DNA of 64,000 nucleotides from Mobula hypostoma. Lineage: Eukaryota. The stretch spans positions 157,234,001 through 157,298,000 of the forward strand of contig NC_086097.1 in NCBI RefSeq assembly GCF_963921235.1, written 5' to 3'. The translations under genes and the position numbers were made by a program. The notes below the pieces were generated by a model that saw nothing but the letters and a program-made list of their open reading frames with translations, did not search any database and was not told where the DNA came from. Position 1 is the first letter of the stretch, and each line of letters begins with the position of its first letter. Below are positions 38,881-51,729 of this stretch, in pieces.

Positions 38881-39018
38881 CCCTCCCACTTTCAAATCTC
38901 TTGCTAGCTCTTCCTTCAGTTAGTCCTGACGAAGGGTCTCGGCCCGAAACGTCGACTGTACCTCTTCCTAGAGATGCTGCCTGGCCTGCTGCGTTCCCCA
39001 GCAACTTTGATGTGTGTT
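38881..39018 (+). mobile_element. Young Penelope-derived short insertion with 10-bp TSD
   Basis: Flanked by tcttagatac (38871-38880 and 39019-39028); CpGs retained; ends in tgtgtgtt. Confidence 0.88.
38921..38958 (+). ncRNA. Minimal type I hammerhead ribozyme motif
   Basis: UAGUC-CUGACGA-A-GGG(ucucgg)CCC-GAAA-CG-UC/GACUG: stem I UAGUC:GACUG, core CUGANGA and GAAA, 3-bp stem II, palindromic ACGU stem III, GUC triplet ending at 38953. Confidence 0.8.
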
Positions 39019-39069
39019 TCTTAGATACGCAAATGGGTGATAGAAAAATGAGATCATGAGAACTGAAGA

Positions 39070-39910
39070 TCAAAAGACATAGGAGCAGAATTAGGCCATT
39101 TAGCCCATTGAATCTGCTTTGCCATTCAGTCTTGGCTGATCCTTTATTCCCCTCATCAGCCCCACTCCTCATAACCTTTGATGCCATGGCCAATCAAGAT
39201 GCTATCAATCTCCACCTTAAATACACCCAACAACCTAGCCTCCACAGCTGCCTGTGGTAACAAACTCCACAAATTCACCACCTTCTAGCTAAATGAATTT
39301 CTCTACATCTCGGTTTTAAATGGACGCCCCTCTATCATTCAGCTCCCATCTACAACCATTCTTCAGCCACGATTCAGTGTTGGCCACAAAATCATCCCCA
39401 AAACATCCCCAATATACTTATACTCGCCCCAATGGCTGCAATTTTATCCTACCATTTGCCTGCCCTTCCTGACAATCTGACTGCACACTATCTTTGCTTT
39501 TTTTTACCAACCATCCAATCCTGAGTTCCTTCTCCAATTCCCATCCCCCTGCCCAATTAGTTTAAACCTTTCCCCAGCACCTCTAATAAACCTGCCTATG
39601 AGAATATCGGTTCCCCTTTGGGTTCAGGTGCAACCCATCCCTTTCGTACAGGTCATACTTTCCCCTGTAGAAATTCCAGTCATCCAAGAAACTAAAGCCC
39701 TGCCCCCCGCACCAGCTTCTCAGCCATGCATTTATCTGCCAAATCATCCCATTTCTACCCTCACCAGTGTGTGGCACAGGTAGCAATCCAGAAGTTACTA
39801 CCATCGTGGTCCTGCTTCTCAGCTTTCCTCCTGGCTCACTAAATTCTCTCTTCAGGACCTCTTTGCTTTTGCTTCCTCATTGCTACCAATATGTACCAAG
39901 ACATCTGGCT
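39070..39910 (-). mobile_element. CR1 fragments (ORF1 esterase region and 3' end)
   Basis: VVTSGLLPVP...NAWLRSWCGGQGFSFLDDW...RDGLHLNPKG; 3' UTR at 39070-39340. Confidence 0.85.
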
Positions 39911-40774
39911 TAGTATGTATTGGAGGGCTATGTGGGAAGGAAAGATTGGATTGATCTTAGAATAGGTTATAAGGTCACCACCCCATCATGGGCTGAAGCT
40001 TCTGTACTGTGCAGCAGTATTCTATGTTCTATATACTATGAAATTATTCTCAAAGTCTACTAATTCAGGCACATTTATCATTTGAAAAACCTCTCAGGTC
40101 ATCCATTCTCTGAAGAAAAAGTTCAAGCCTGTTCAGTCTTCCATGATAATTGCACATTTTAGTTCTAACATCATCCCTTTAAATTTATTTTGCAGTGTTC
40201 TATATCCTTTTTATGACATGAAGTCTAGACGTGTGCATTACAATCTAAAAGCAGGCTAATCATGGTAAATTTAAATTAACTTCTCTACAACTGAATGTTG
40301 TTCTATTGGAAGTGAACCCCAGTGCACTCCTTTTGCAATTTGATGCCTTTATTAACCTGTGTCAATTCATTTAATAATTTATTATGCTGAATATTCAGAT
40401 TCTTTCAATACATTTATGCCTAGAAATTCATTCCTGTTCAGTCATATTGAATCTTGTTATGTTGTACATTAGTACATTTTGCTACAGATTTCAAATTAAT
40501 TTCATAGGAGAAGCTAAGGGTGGATCTAACAGAGGTATACAAAATTAGGAGAGCATAGATAAGATAGATAGTAGGAAGAACAGACGTGTCTTCAACCATA
40601 GCTTTGGGGTCAGATTTTAAAGCGGATCTAAGGAGGATTCTCTTTTTTAACCAAGAGAGTGGTTGAAGCTTGGAACATACTGCCCAAGAGCCAATATTTC
40701 AGGGGTATCTAGCCAGCTAACCAGTCAATCTATCTCACTCCTGTACATCTCCAATTTGCTACTCTGAGATTCTG

Positions 40775-41570
40775 CCAACAGTGGTGCGATCAGCCAATTT
40801 ATAGATGGTGTTTAAACTGTGCATAGCCTGACAGCCTTGAGTGTAGAGAATGTAGAACAGTGGACTAAGCACATGTCCTTGGTGTTTCTGTGTTGATTGT
40901 CAGCGAGGAAGAGATATTTTTACCAAACCACACTGACTGTAGTCTCTCTATGAGGAAGTCAAGGATCCAATTATAGAGGGAGATACAGAGACCCAGGTTT
41001 TGAAGCCTGTTGATTAGTTCTGACCTAACTCTCAATAGATTACAAATCTCTTGGTTCATCCTCAGCTTCCAATTTGGGTATATCTGGTTCATGAAGGCAT
41101 ACACTCGTCCACACGGGTCTTGATGAAATCACTAACGATTGTGGCATATTCATTCTGATGCAAAGATGAATCCCTGATGAATATAGTGAATATAGAATGA
41201 ATATAGTGAATATAAGATGAATATAGGTCGGTCCAATGATTCAAAACTGTCTTGTAAGCACCCTTGTACCTCCCTTGACCATACCTTCATTGTCCTCATC
41301 ATCGCTGCTGTGGTCCTCAGTCTCTGTCTATATGACAGGAGTAGAAGTACAGCCATGTGATCTGAATTGCCAAAATGCAGGCATAAGATGGCACAGTAAG
41401 CGTATTTGTTGGTGGTGTAACAGTCATCAAATGAGTTGGTTCCTCTGGTTCTAAGTATGACAAAATGATGGTATTTAATGAGATAATTTTCCAAGCTGGC
41501 CTGGTTGAAGTCCCCTGCAATGATTAGGAAGGCATCAGGGTGTGTTGTCTTGTGACTATTGATCAAGTTC
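40775..41570 (-). mobile_element. Rex1/Babar endonuclease and RT fragments
   Basis: HPDAFLIIAGDFNQASL...FGNSDHMAVLLL; LYNWILDFLIERLQSV. Confidence 0.85.
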
Positions 41571-42180
41571 AATGTGTCAATATCTCAGAGGATCTAAACT
41601 GGGCCCAACATATTGATGCAATCCCGAAGAAGGCATGTCATTGGCTATACTTCATTTGTCTGAGGAGATTTCGGATGCACCCAAAGATTCTAGCAAATTT
41701 CTACAGACGTACCATGGACAGCATTCTGACTGGTTGCATTAACTCCTGGTATGGAAAAGCCAAATGCAAGAGGAAAAGAGGTTGCAGAAACTTGTTTTCT
41801 CAGATTGCACTTTCATTGGCACAAGCTCCCCTCAGTCAAGGGCATCTTCACAAGTGGTGCCTCAGGAAGGCAGTATCTATCATTGAGCACTTCACCATTA
41901 GGGACATGACCTCTTCTCATTAATACCATCAGAGAGGCGGTACAGGAGGCTGAAGACATAAATTCAATGTTTTAGGAACAACTTCTTCCGCTCCGCCATC
42001 AGATTTCTTAATGGACCATGAATCCATGAACACTACCTCAATATTCCTGCTTTGAATTATGTATTTATTTATTTATTTTAATTGTAACTTATGGTATTTT
42101 TTATGTTTTGAACTGCAATGTTACCACAAAGCAACAAACTTTATGACATATGTCAGTGCTAATAAACCCGATTCTGATTC
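41565..42180 (+). mobile_element. Rex1/Babar 3' end in opposite orientation
   Basis: VNISEDLNWAQHIDAI..KKA...NFYRRTMDSILTGCINSWYG; tail aataaacccgattctgattctg. Confidence 0.85.
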
Positions 42181-43319
42181 TGTGCAATTGAATTGTTGCT
42201 GCACTCAAGGATATGGACCAAGTGCTGTTAAATGGGATTTGCGTAGGTGGGCACATAATCATTGGCATGAACACATTGGACCAAAGGACCTCATTCTGAA
42301 TGATTAGTTGCCCTTCTGAAGGAATGAAGTAAGTACCAAGGCAATATTCAATGCATTGACATGAACAAATAGTATATCTACCATTGCCAGCTGGGGCTGA
42401 ATTTGCAGGCGAATGACATACTTTTCAAATGCAATTAGACATATGCATATCTGCATGTATGCACACAGATACACTACCACACAGATGAGCGAACACACGA
42501 ACACACATTCTTACACATACAGATGCACAATCCACTCACCTTCTCACACATGGGCACAATCTATATTTGTCTAATGAGCATTTTCTATGGACCGAGACTT
42601 GATATTTACCATTTTTAGTGCTGATTGGTTGATGAATTTTTATTGACATTTTATTTTAAAATTTTATACACTTGATCTCTAATGCCCTGCTGTCTTGCTG
42701 GTTTCTCTGGTAAGAGGTGAAGCAAATTAACCATTCAGCAACTCTGCTGTTTCACCTAGAGTTAATCTTTTGCAAACTTTTGCAGTTCTATACCTTTTTG
42801 ATTGGTTCTTTGCTGTTGATGGAAATTCTACCAGATGTTTTTTGTGTTACTTCACATAATCCCATTTCTTAATCATCATAAATTTAAAATTGTATCTATT
42901 CATTAAGAAAGGACAACCACTTTCATATCTATCAGAACTTTTGGGAGAGGAAGGAGACAAAATCAGTGAAAGAAATTCAGAACATATCAGCAAGCTTAAA
43001 TGTCTTCGAACTTTTAAATGTCTTTAATAGAAGCTTAGACTTGAAGTAATAATTGTCTCTCCACAGATGATCTTTGAATTGTTGAATATTTTTAGCATTT
43101 TCTGTTTTAACTTCAGTCTTCCAACACCTGCGAATTTCCTTTAAAGTTTGCTCATCGACCTGCCACCTCTAATTGTTTTGAGTCATTTTGTTTATTGGAC
43201 AGTTGTTTAGCAGAACATATTGGAGGATTGGCCAACCATGTCTCATAAATGCTCTGGAAACAGGAGCTCATTACCATGATGCCAACAACAAAGCCATCAG
43301 ATGGGCTCATTACTGCTAC

Positions 43320-43408
43320 CTGCCAGCTCTCCTATGGCACAATAACTGTAATGGACTTGTTTTATTTTCACTGATGCCAGCAAAATATTCTTGGTTTTCC
43401 TGAGCAAC
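43320..43408 (-). CDS. Candidate exon of the minus-strand gene
   Basis: Acceptor tttttggttgctcag; VAQENQEYFAGISENKTSPLQLLCHRRAG; donor CAG/gtagca; phases 0-2. Confidence 0.33.
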
Positions 43409-43647
43409 CTGAGCAACCAAAAATATATATTTTTTAGTTCTCTTTTTTTTTTGCTGTTGGTATAGGTTTTACTGAGGAACATTCTCACAGTGCATGTTGA
43501 ACACAGTAGAAATTCTGAATTGTATTAGCATCTTATCTGCATCACAGCTTCCCAAACTTATATGGATTAAAGAGATCACTGCCTCACAGAAGATCCAGGA
43601 GAACAGGAAGAGGCTACTAAGGTCATTTTGATTCTGCTATCACTTAC

Positions 43648-43679
43648 CATGAAGACAAGTTGAAATTTCCTCTCTAACT
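43648..43679 (-). CDS. Candidate short exon of the minus-strand gene
   Basis: Branch-like ttaac, T-rich tract, catag acceptor; (E)LERKFQLVFM; consensus donor ATG/gtaagt; phases 1-0. Confidence 0.38.
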
Positions 43680-45704
43680 CTATGGTAATAGTACACAAAA
43701 TAATAGAAGTTAAACTCTCTGCAAACATATTTTTGCAGAGCCTTTGCCTATAGTATTTTAAAATGAAGCACTCTTGCAAAATTTAGGTTAAATATTTTAG
43801 ATGCACACAGCTCTAGCTCTGTATCGTGACTTAGTACTTCAGCTTTTAGAAGCACAGAAAAAGACAAATAAATGGGATTGTTAGGCCGACTACAATTGAA
43901 TCTATTATCCATCACATTCAAAGTATTATCAGTCTTCATTGTCAGTCAATCTGTAGACACTTAAAAGTATATTCTGTTACTGAGGGTTCATCTGGATAAA
44001 ATGTAAATGCAGTGCTGCATAGCTTCAGTGAAAGGCTTGAACATAAGTATGAAAAAGAAAATATTTTGATGTAGGATTTGAAAGGAAACAGTCAAAGAAC
44101 AGATCTATGTGGACACATTAATATTCTGATAGATGTTTAATGTAATTGAGTTAGAGCGATAATATGAAGTAACAATGAACAGAATTATTTAAGAGAACTC
44201 TCTGGACATGGAAGAATTGAGAACTAGTAGTGCTATAAGACACCATCATGAGGATTTGCTGATGAATGAGCTGTTCAGGATAAAGAAAATAGATTCTGAA
44301 CACGGGCCATTGGCTGAAACACAGGATCAGTTCCCAGCAGTGGAAGCAGGGACGCTGGGAAGTTTGCTCTACAATGACTGTCCACTATTTCTCAATGTGG
44401 CCTTGTAATGCTATTACATTCAAGCTGATAAATATGTTTTTTTACTGAAAATGGTTGATAATAAGCCAACTTCCAAGAGGTGTCAGTGGTTTCAAATCAT
44501 TTACCAGTCCTCATTCTTTCACCACTTCAAATGGGGTAGGATGACAATACTTTTGCCAATCATTCTTTCAAATTTGGCAGAAATATCTTGTGAATGCAAG
44601 AAAGAAATGACAGAAAATGGCATTAGTACTAACTAGAAATAAAGATATCAACAAAAGAATCTCGAATCAGCAAACAATTAGAAGATGGACATAAGTTAAA
44701 AAAATTAATTATGTATTGCCAATAAATAAAATGATAGGTTCACTTAGTGTTTTGCCGTGCTGAATCTTCTCTAAGTACTTCAGTGTGTTTTGAAGTGCTT
44801 TGCTGCAATTAAATAGGTCTGCAGTGAATGGAGAGAGGTAATATAAATTGAATATAGTTCCCATATTATAAATTATAAAGGATGTTCTGAAAGAAGAGAT
44901 GCAAAGAACCAGTGCCCATGTGCCTGGGAGACATATTGCTTGAAAGAGACCTGCAACAAATCATGTCCTACTAGTAGAAACATATTTCAGAACAAAAAAT
45001 GGGAAAGCAAATAAAAATCACTTCTTGTTGTTTAATGGAGCAGGTGGAATAAGAAATTAAAATTGTTTCATCTTGATTACTCGCAGAAAGCTTTTGCTAT
45101 ATTAATATCTGTAATTGTATATAAGTTATTAATTATTAGTGCAATGGAATTTCAGGGCAGCAGGCTTACTTGGGGGAAAAAAGATCAAATCCATTATTAA
45201 GAAAGCCATAGACCAGTATTCAAAAAAAATCCTAATACAATCAAGCAGAGCTATTCCACTATATATGAATAGGAAACTGTGTTTGATCATTTGCTTTAGA
45301 AATTTTTGAAGATGTAAAGAGCAGGATGAATAAAAGTGATCACTAGAAGAGGTACATTTGATGATATACATTATAAAATGTTAGCAACCAACTTAAATAT
45401 TTATGGCCATGAGATAACATATAGGACAGTTGATTGGTTAACTAACCAAGAACAAAAAGTTGGGATAAATGGGACATTTTCAATTGGCTTACTTAGTAGA
45501 ATCAACCATAGAGCTTCAAGTTTATTATGAGCTATTTTCAAGACAAATTTAAAAAAACTGCAATCAAATTTACAGATGATACAAAGAAAGGGGAAAAACT
45601 ACTTTGAAGGACATAACAATCCTCTGGAATTATAGGCAAGTTTAAAAAAAGCTGGCAAACGTATGAGAAAATGGAGTTCCCTGTTGGGAAATGTGAGGTG
45701 TGAA

Positions 45705-46495
45705 ATGCCTGTTCACCTGTGACTGACCATGGCCAGATTCTGCTCTAACTCCACCTATAAATTTGCAGCTGACACCACAGTACGGAACTGCATCTCAAAT
45801 AATGAATAATCAGAGTACAGGGAGTCACAGAGCTTATTAACATGGTGCCATGATAATGACCTTCCCCTCAACGTCATCAAAAAAATAGAGCTGGTTATTG
45901 ACTTCTGAAGGGGGGATGACGCACATGCTCCTCTACATCAACAATACTGTGGTTCAGAGGGTTGAGAGCTTCAAGTTCCTGGGAGTGAGCATCAGCAACA
46001 GCCTGCCTTGCTCTAACAGCCTAGAAAGTTCACCAATGCCTCTACTTCCTCTGGAGGCTAAGGTAAATTCACATGTTCCTATCAACTCTTACCAAGTTTT
46101 ATTGATGCACCATAGGATGTATAATGGATTGGTATGACAACTGCTCTGCAGGTGGCCGCAAGAAATGGCACGTGGACAAAGTTCAACACATCATGGAAAG
46201 CAGCCTGCTCTCTATAAACTCGCCTGTATTTCTCGCTGCATCAATAAAATAATCAAATGGCCCTACCCACCTGGACATTTTATCTCCTCTCGTCATCTAT
46301 TGGGTAGAAGATACAAAAACCTGAAAGAACATATCATTAGCCTCAAGCACAAATTCTATCCTACTGTTTTAAGATGACTGAATAGTTTCCTAGTACAATA
46401 AGATAGACTCTTGTCTTCACAATCTACTTCATTATAATCTTTCACCTTATTGTTTACCTGCACTGCTCTCTGCAGCTGTTACACTTAATTCTTCA
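45705..46495 (+). mobile_element. Decayed Rex1/Babar RT fragment
   Basis: YKFAADTTV, LYINNTVVQRVESFKFLGVSISNSL, LLGRRYKNLK. Confidence 0.8.
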
Positions 46496-46497
46496 TG

Positions 46498-47133
46498 ACA
46501 CTGAGTATCAGGTACCTCCAGTACCTGATAAAATGGCCACTGAGTGTATGTTCACAGTCTTCTGCTGCAGTAGCCCATCTGCTTCAAGACTCAATGTGTT
46601 GCATGCTCAAAAATGCTCTTCTGCACACCATTGTTGTAACATGTGGTTATTTGAACTGAAAGGTCTCAGCCCAAAATGTTGACTGTACTCTTTTCCATAG
46701 ATGCTGCCTGGCCTGCTGAGTTCCTCCAGCATTTTGTGTGTGTGACCTTCATCTTCCTGTCAGCTTGAACCAGCCTAGTCATTTCTCCTCTGACTTTTCG
46801 TTAACAAGACATTTTCACCCACAGAACTGCTGCTTAAAGGATGTTTTTTCTTGTTTTTTTGCAGCATTCTCTGTAAACTCTAGAGACTGCAATGCATGAA
46901 AATCCCAGAATATCAGCAGTTTCTGAGATACTAAACTACTGCTGTCTGTCACCAACTGTCATCCCACAATCGGTCACTTAGATCACATTTCTTCACCCAT
47001 TCTGATGTTTGAACTGAACGTCCTAAACATGTCTTAAACATGTCATAAAATCCTATGCACATGATTGGCCGATTAGATATTTGCGTTAATGTGAAGATAT
47101 ACAGATGTACATAATAAGATGGTTACTGAGTGT
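46498..47133. mobile_element. Tc1-like non-autonomous element containing a pLTR insertion (about 46655-46745)
   Basis: TIR-like taaaatggccactgagtgta and ggttactgagtgta; same family in reverse orientation at 59966-60475. Confidence 0.7.
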
Positions 47134-47958
47134 ATTGTTGTTTTCCCTTGTACTATCTCAGTGCACTGAGTAATGATTTGATCTGCATGGACAGTATGCA
47201 AGACAAGCTTTTCAGTTTTTCTTGGTGCATGTGACAATAATAAACTAATTCTAATTTTACTTTCTTTGATTATCAGTGAAGAAGGAAGAATGGAAAAGAG
47301 GGATACTATTGAAATGGAGAAAGATTTCAGAAACAGCGGCTCAGAAGAATAGGGTGCCCTCATGCATGAATTTAATTAGAAAGACAATGGTGTACAAAAG
47401 TAGAGAAGAACTGCTGCACAAATATTGATGAGACTGTACACAAAGTCCTTCTTGCTGTTTTGATCTCCTTCTTTTAAAGGAGATGTCTTCTGAGGAAAAA
47501 TTGTGCAGTTGGGCCAATGCTCATTGGACATTGGAATGGCTGGCAATCTGTTGAAGCATACAAGTTTCTGAGGAGGTGTTTCATCTAATGGGGGTGTCTA
47601 CAACTATGAACTATTGTTTCAGAAAACAGGGGTCATGCTTTTATGACTGTTTGAGAATTCTTTGTCAAGAATCATGAATCTTTGAAATTCTCCACACCCA
47701 GAGAGCCGTGGAAATAATTGAACAAATTCAAAGCTGAGATGATCCTTGGCCTGAAATCCTATTAGACAGAAACAGGAAAGTGAGGGACAGGTCCAGAGCA
47801 ACTACAAACATATTCAATGGTGTAATAAGTTCAGAGGATAAATGGCCTTCCTCCTCTGCATAGTATGCTGTTGGGCTACAACACACAAGGCAACCTGATT
47901 CAAGATTTACAATGGACAACTTGTTTGCCTTTTAATGTTAAAACCAAAAATGTGAAAC

Positions 47959-48045
47959 CTTTCCAGCAGAGGGCCCTGGTGTTGCAATGTTGCATTGCTT
48001 CTAAAAAACAGGCTTGACTACTGAGTACTGTTTCACTAACCTTAG
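47959..48045 (-). CDS. Candidate exon of the minus-strand gene
   Basis: Acceptor tttctgtcttatag; KVSETVLSSQACFLEAMQHCNTRALCWK; weak donor AAG/gtttca; phases 1-1. Confidence 0.35.
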
Positions 48046-50453
48046 CTATAAGACAGAAATTATGGCATTTTTTATTATGACAGTTCATATGCAAGCAAAG
48101 CAATAATCCATTTCAGAGTAATTAAAAATTATCATTTTATCATAGATATATGAACTAAGGCTTCATTCTTTCAGTGCCCTTAGAATATAAAATATTATTA
48201 TCAATGTAAATGTAATCAGTCTAATTGTCCATGATTATGTCCATTTTTATGCTGACTTTTGACCAGATCAATCCTTATGGTATATTTGCATATTTCATCA
48301 TAGCTAGCTTTTAGAACTGGCTTAATATTAGTACAGATTTAAAAATAATCATTGCTGATCTGACAGATAAGATGCTAAAGTGTATCTTCCTATGAGGCAG
48401 AAAAGACAAGTGCTAGTAATGCATTTCTTTTCTCAATCTATCATTAAATGGCTACCATCAAGAAGAAATGAAGAAAATGTATCCCAAGCTCTTAAAGGAG
48501 CAAGAGAGGAAATAATGAAAGCTCTTACTATCATTTCAATGTTCTTTGGTGATAGGCATGATGCCAAAGGAAGGGAAGATTTGTTAATATTTAACCATTG
48601 TTTAAAACAGGAGAAAGGGATGGACTAAGTAAGAACAGTCAAGTAGTAACTAGTGGAAACAGTAAGATTCTGAACTTAGTGATGTGGACATTGCTGGAAA
48701 AAAATTACTGAGGATAGCATAAATCAGCATTTAGAGGGACACAGATTAATGAGGACAGTTAATAAGGAAAATTTTGGAAAGGCCTTGCCTAATTTGAGGA
48801 GGTAATATATGTCCATTAGATTAGAGCTCTTGGTGTAGTTTATGCAGATTTCATCTAAGCATTTGACAAATTCCTTCATCGACCAAGAAAGTAAAAGCCC
48901 ATGGGATCCAGGGGAAAGTGGCATGACGGAGTAAAAGCTGACAGAAAACAAAGGGCAATGAATGTTAATGAAATGAGGGCTTTATATAGTAGGACAAATT
49001 AATGATTGTAACTTCAAAGCTGAGGTCAGAAGTAAGAAACTTCTCAATGATGCCAAAATTAGCAGTTTGGTTGATAGGTGATGATATTATTGAACTTGTT
49101 GCCTGGTCAAATGGGCTTACAAGAGGAAATATGTGAGATATTGTATTTTGGGAAGACAAACATCACCAAAAAAATAACAGAATTGACAGTAGAACATCAT
49201 AAAATGTAAATGAATACACCAAACAAATCCTGAAGAAAGTTGAACAGATCAAAAACAGAGCGAAGAAGGTAAACAGGATACTGAGCTTTTTTAACTAGAA
49301 GTGAAAAATTACCAGGGGGATGGTCATTCCAGAAATGTTCTTACACTGCAGCTACAGGCTGGTGAGCACATTACAGAAAGGATTTAATAGAATGAACAAT
49401 TTCTTAGGGTGTTCTCTGATATGAGAAAATTTTGTTATGGTTAAAACTGCTTGCTTTGAACAAGGAGACTCGGGAGTTTTAATTGAAGTATATAAATAAG
49501 GAGAGGGTAAGTCATGGTAAACAAAAGTGACCCATTTGCTTTCAAGAAGATTTCAATAACTGAAAGAAGTGGAGGATGGGATGCATAATTGGTAAATTAG
49601 CTTTTTATTTTCACACGTATCAAGGTACAGAGAAAAACTGGCCTTGCATGCTGTTCATACAGATCAATTCATTACAACAGTGCACTGAGGTATTACAAGG
49701 TAACCCAATAACAAAATGCAATGTGTTGTAATTACAGAGAACATGCAGTGTTCATTGGCAAAAAGGAGAAATGTCATTATGTGGAGATTGTGAGGTCAAG
49801 AGTCCATCTTATCATACTAGGTGCCGTTTAATAGTCTTACAACTGTGTGATACATGCTTTCAGGTTTTTATATCTTATGCCCACTGGCAGAGAGTAGATG
49901 AGAGAACATCCGAGATGGGTAGGGTCTTCGATTATGTTGGTTACTTTACCAAGGCAGAAATGTAGACAGAATCCATGGACAGGAGGTTAGCTTCCATGAT
50001 GTCCTGAGCTGCATCCACAACTCTCTGCAATTTCTTGCTGCCAGATGCAGAGCAGGTGCCATATCAAGCCAATATGCATCCAGACAGAATGATGCATCAA
50101 TAAAAGTGGGGTGAGGATCAAGAGGGGCATGCCAAATTTCTATAGCCATCTGAGGAAGCAAAGTCATTGGTAAACTTTCTTGGCCATGGTATCATCAAGG
50201 TTGTACCAGGCTATTGGTGGAACTTAAAGCTCTCAACCCTCTTAATATCAATACCATTGATATAGACAGGAGTATGTGCACAGTTTTCACCCACCCCACC
50301 CCACCCCACCCCACCCCACTTCCTGAAATCAAAGACAAACTCTTTAGGTTTGCAGCCATTAAGGAAAAGATTATTGTCATGACATCTTGTCACAAGACTT
50401 GCTCTCTCTCCTTCAGACTCTTCATTATTTGAAGTACAGTCCACTATGGTGGT

Positions 50454-50843
50454 TGTTGCATGAACGAAATCACCAAAGAGAGAGTTACTAGTAGATACAG
50501 AGCAGCTTCTTTATTTGACAAAACAAGGTACAGCATGCATCATACTGAGACACTTTCAGAGGAAAGGTCTGCTGGCCCAACGTGGGGCTCGATATTTACA
50601 AAGGACAACTCCATATTTACAAAGTATAGATAATGCTTTCTTTTGAAGCTACATGCAAACTTCACACCTTCTGGTTCACATCCATCCCACAGATACCAGC
50701 ACTGTCTGTAGCTTGGGATTCACAGCTTTTAGGAAATGCATTGTTACAAATTAAATCCACAATATATTGTCAAGGAACAAAAGTCTGATAGCCAAAGCCA
50801 TTTGCTAAATGTAAATGACCTAAACCCAAAAATCACTCTAACA
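50454..50843 (-). repeat. 3' LTR (390 bp)
   Basis: TGTT...AACA termini; AATAAA on minus at 50510-50515; PPT abuts at 50844-50855. Confidence 0.9.
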
Positions 50844-51011
50844 GTTCCTCCTCTTGGCCCTCCTGGACAAAAATAAATTTGTACCAGGAAAGGCCAACCT
50901 AGGAAGATCTACTCAAATAGGGCAGCAAAAATGCCCTGCCATGAAATTCCCCCCCAATTTTGTGTGCCTCGATATCTACCCCAGCATTCCCTAATCGCTA
51001 CCTATCAGATG

Positions 51012-51630
51012 TTAAGCAGAGAGGTTGTTCCAGAAATTTGAACAAGTCTTTAGAAATGTGGCTTCTTTCGTGAGTCTCTCGGCTCTTTCCCTGCAGGCTG
51101 ATTGCCGCTTAATCACATTCCTTTGTCTTCACACCTTCATTCTCTGGTCTTTGAAACACTCTTTCCAGGAGCACCCACAGGCCCTCTCATCGATGTAAAA
51201 GAAGAGGTTGGGGTGGCCTCTATGTAAATATCTGCAAGGACCTCTCCCCAGTGGCACCCACTTCCGAATTGTTCGGTCGATCACTGGTCCAACTGCTGAA
51301 AGGGGCCCAGCTCCTCATTCAGACCAAGGGTGACTGCCTTTAGATGTCGTGTGCAGCCTGAAATGCCATCAAAGTTGTGGAACTTGCTGTCTCTGCTTTA
51401 ACTTAAAAATCCATCCTATCTATTTTCCAATCTTTTCTAGTCTATGCTATGAATCTAATCATCTACCTTCAGCAACCAGCCTTCACTACAGTGTACCATC
51501 ATCATCACCCTTTTGCATGCTATTCGTGGTTTTCTGTCACACTCTCAGTGTCTTCTGCCACGCTCTCAGGGTTTTCTGCCTTTGCATTTCCTCTGGGTAT
51601 GTTTTCATCAGCTGTGGTCAGGTCTGCCAT
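51012..51630 (-). pseudogene. Decayed accessory ORF between pol and the 3' LTR
   Basis: gccATGG at 51630; after one frameshift a single frame with several TGA/TAG stops runs to TAA at 51012; includes CRYLHRGHPNLFFYIDERACGCSWKEC. Confidence 0.5.
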
Positions 51631-51729
51631 GGCCGGCTGGTGTTCCTCTCTTAGGTTATCTGTAATTACATGGTTACTGCATACATTTGATCCCCCGCTC
51701 TGTCTGTGGGAGCAACAAGAGGGTGAGTT

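Noticed and set aside
41176..41225. gaatatagt short tandem repeat
   Set aside because: Slippage expansion inside a LINE fragment
44523..44586. Extra minus-strand exon DISAKFERMIGKSIVILPHLKW joined to a longer 43648-43747 exon
   Set aside because: Phase-compatible alternative, but it needs weak sites (aag acceptor, gtgaaa donor); shows how easily frames can be chained by chance
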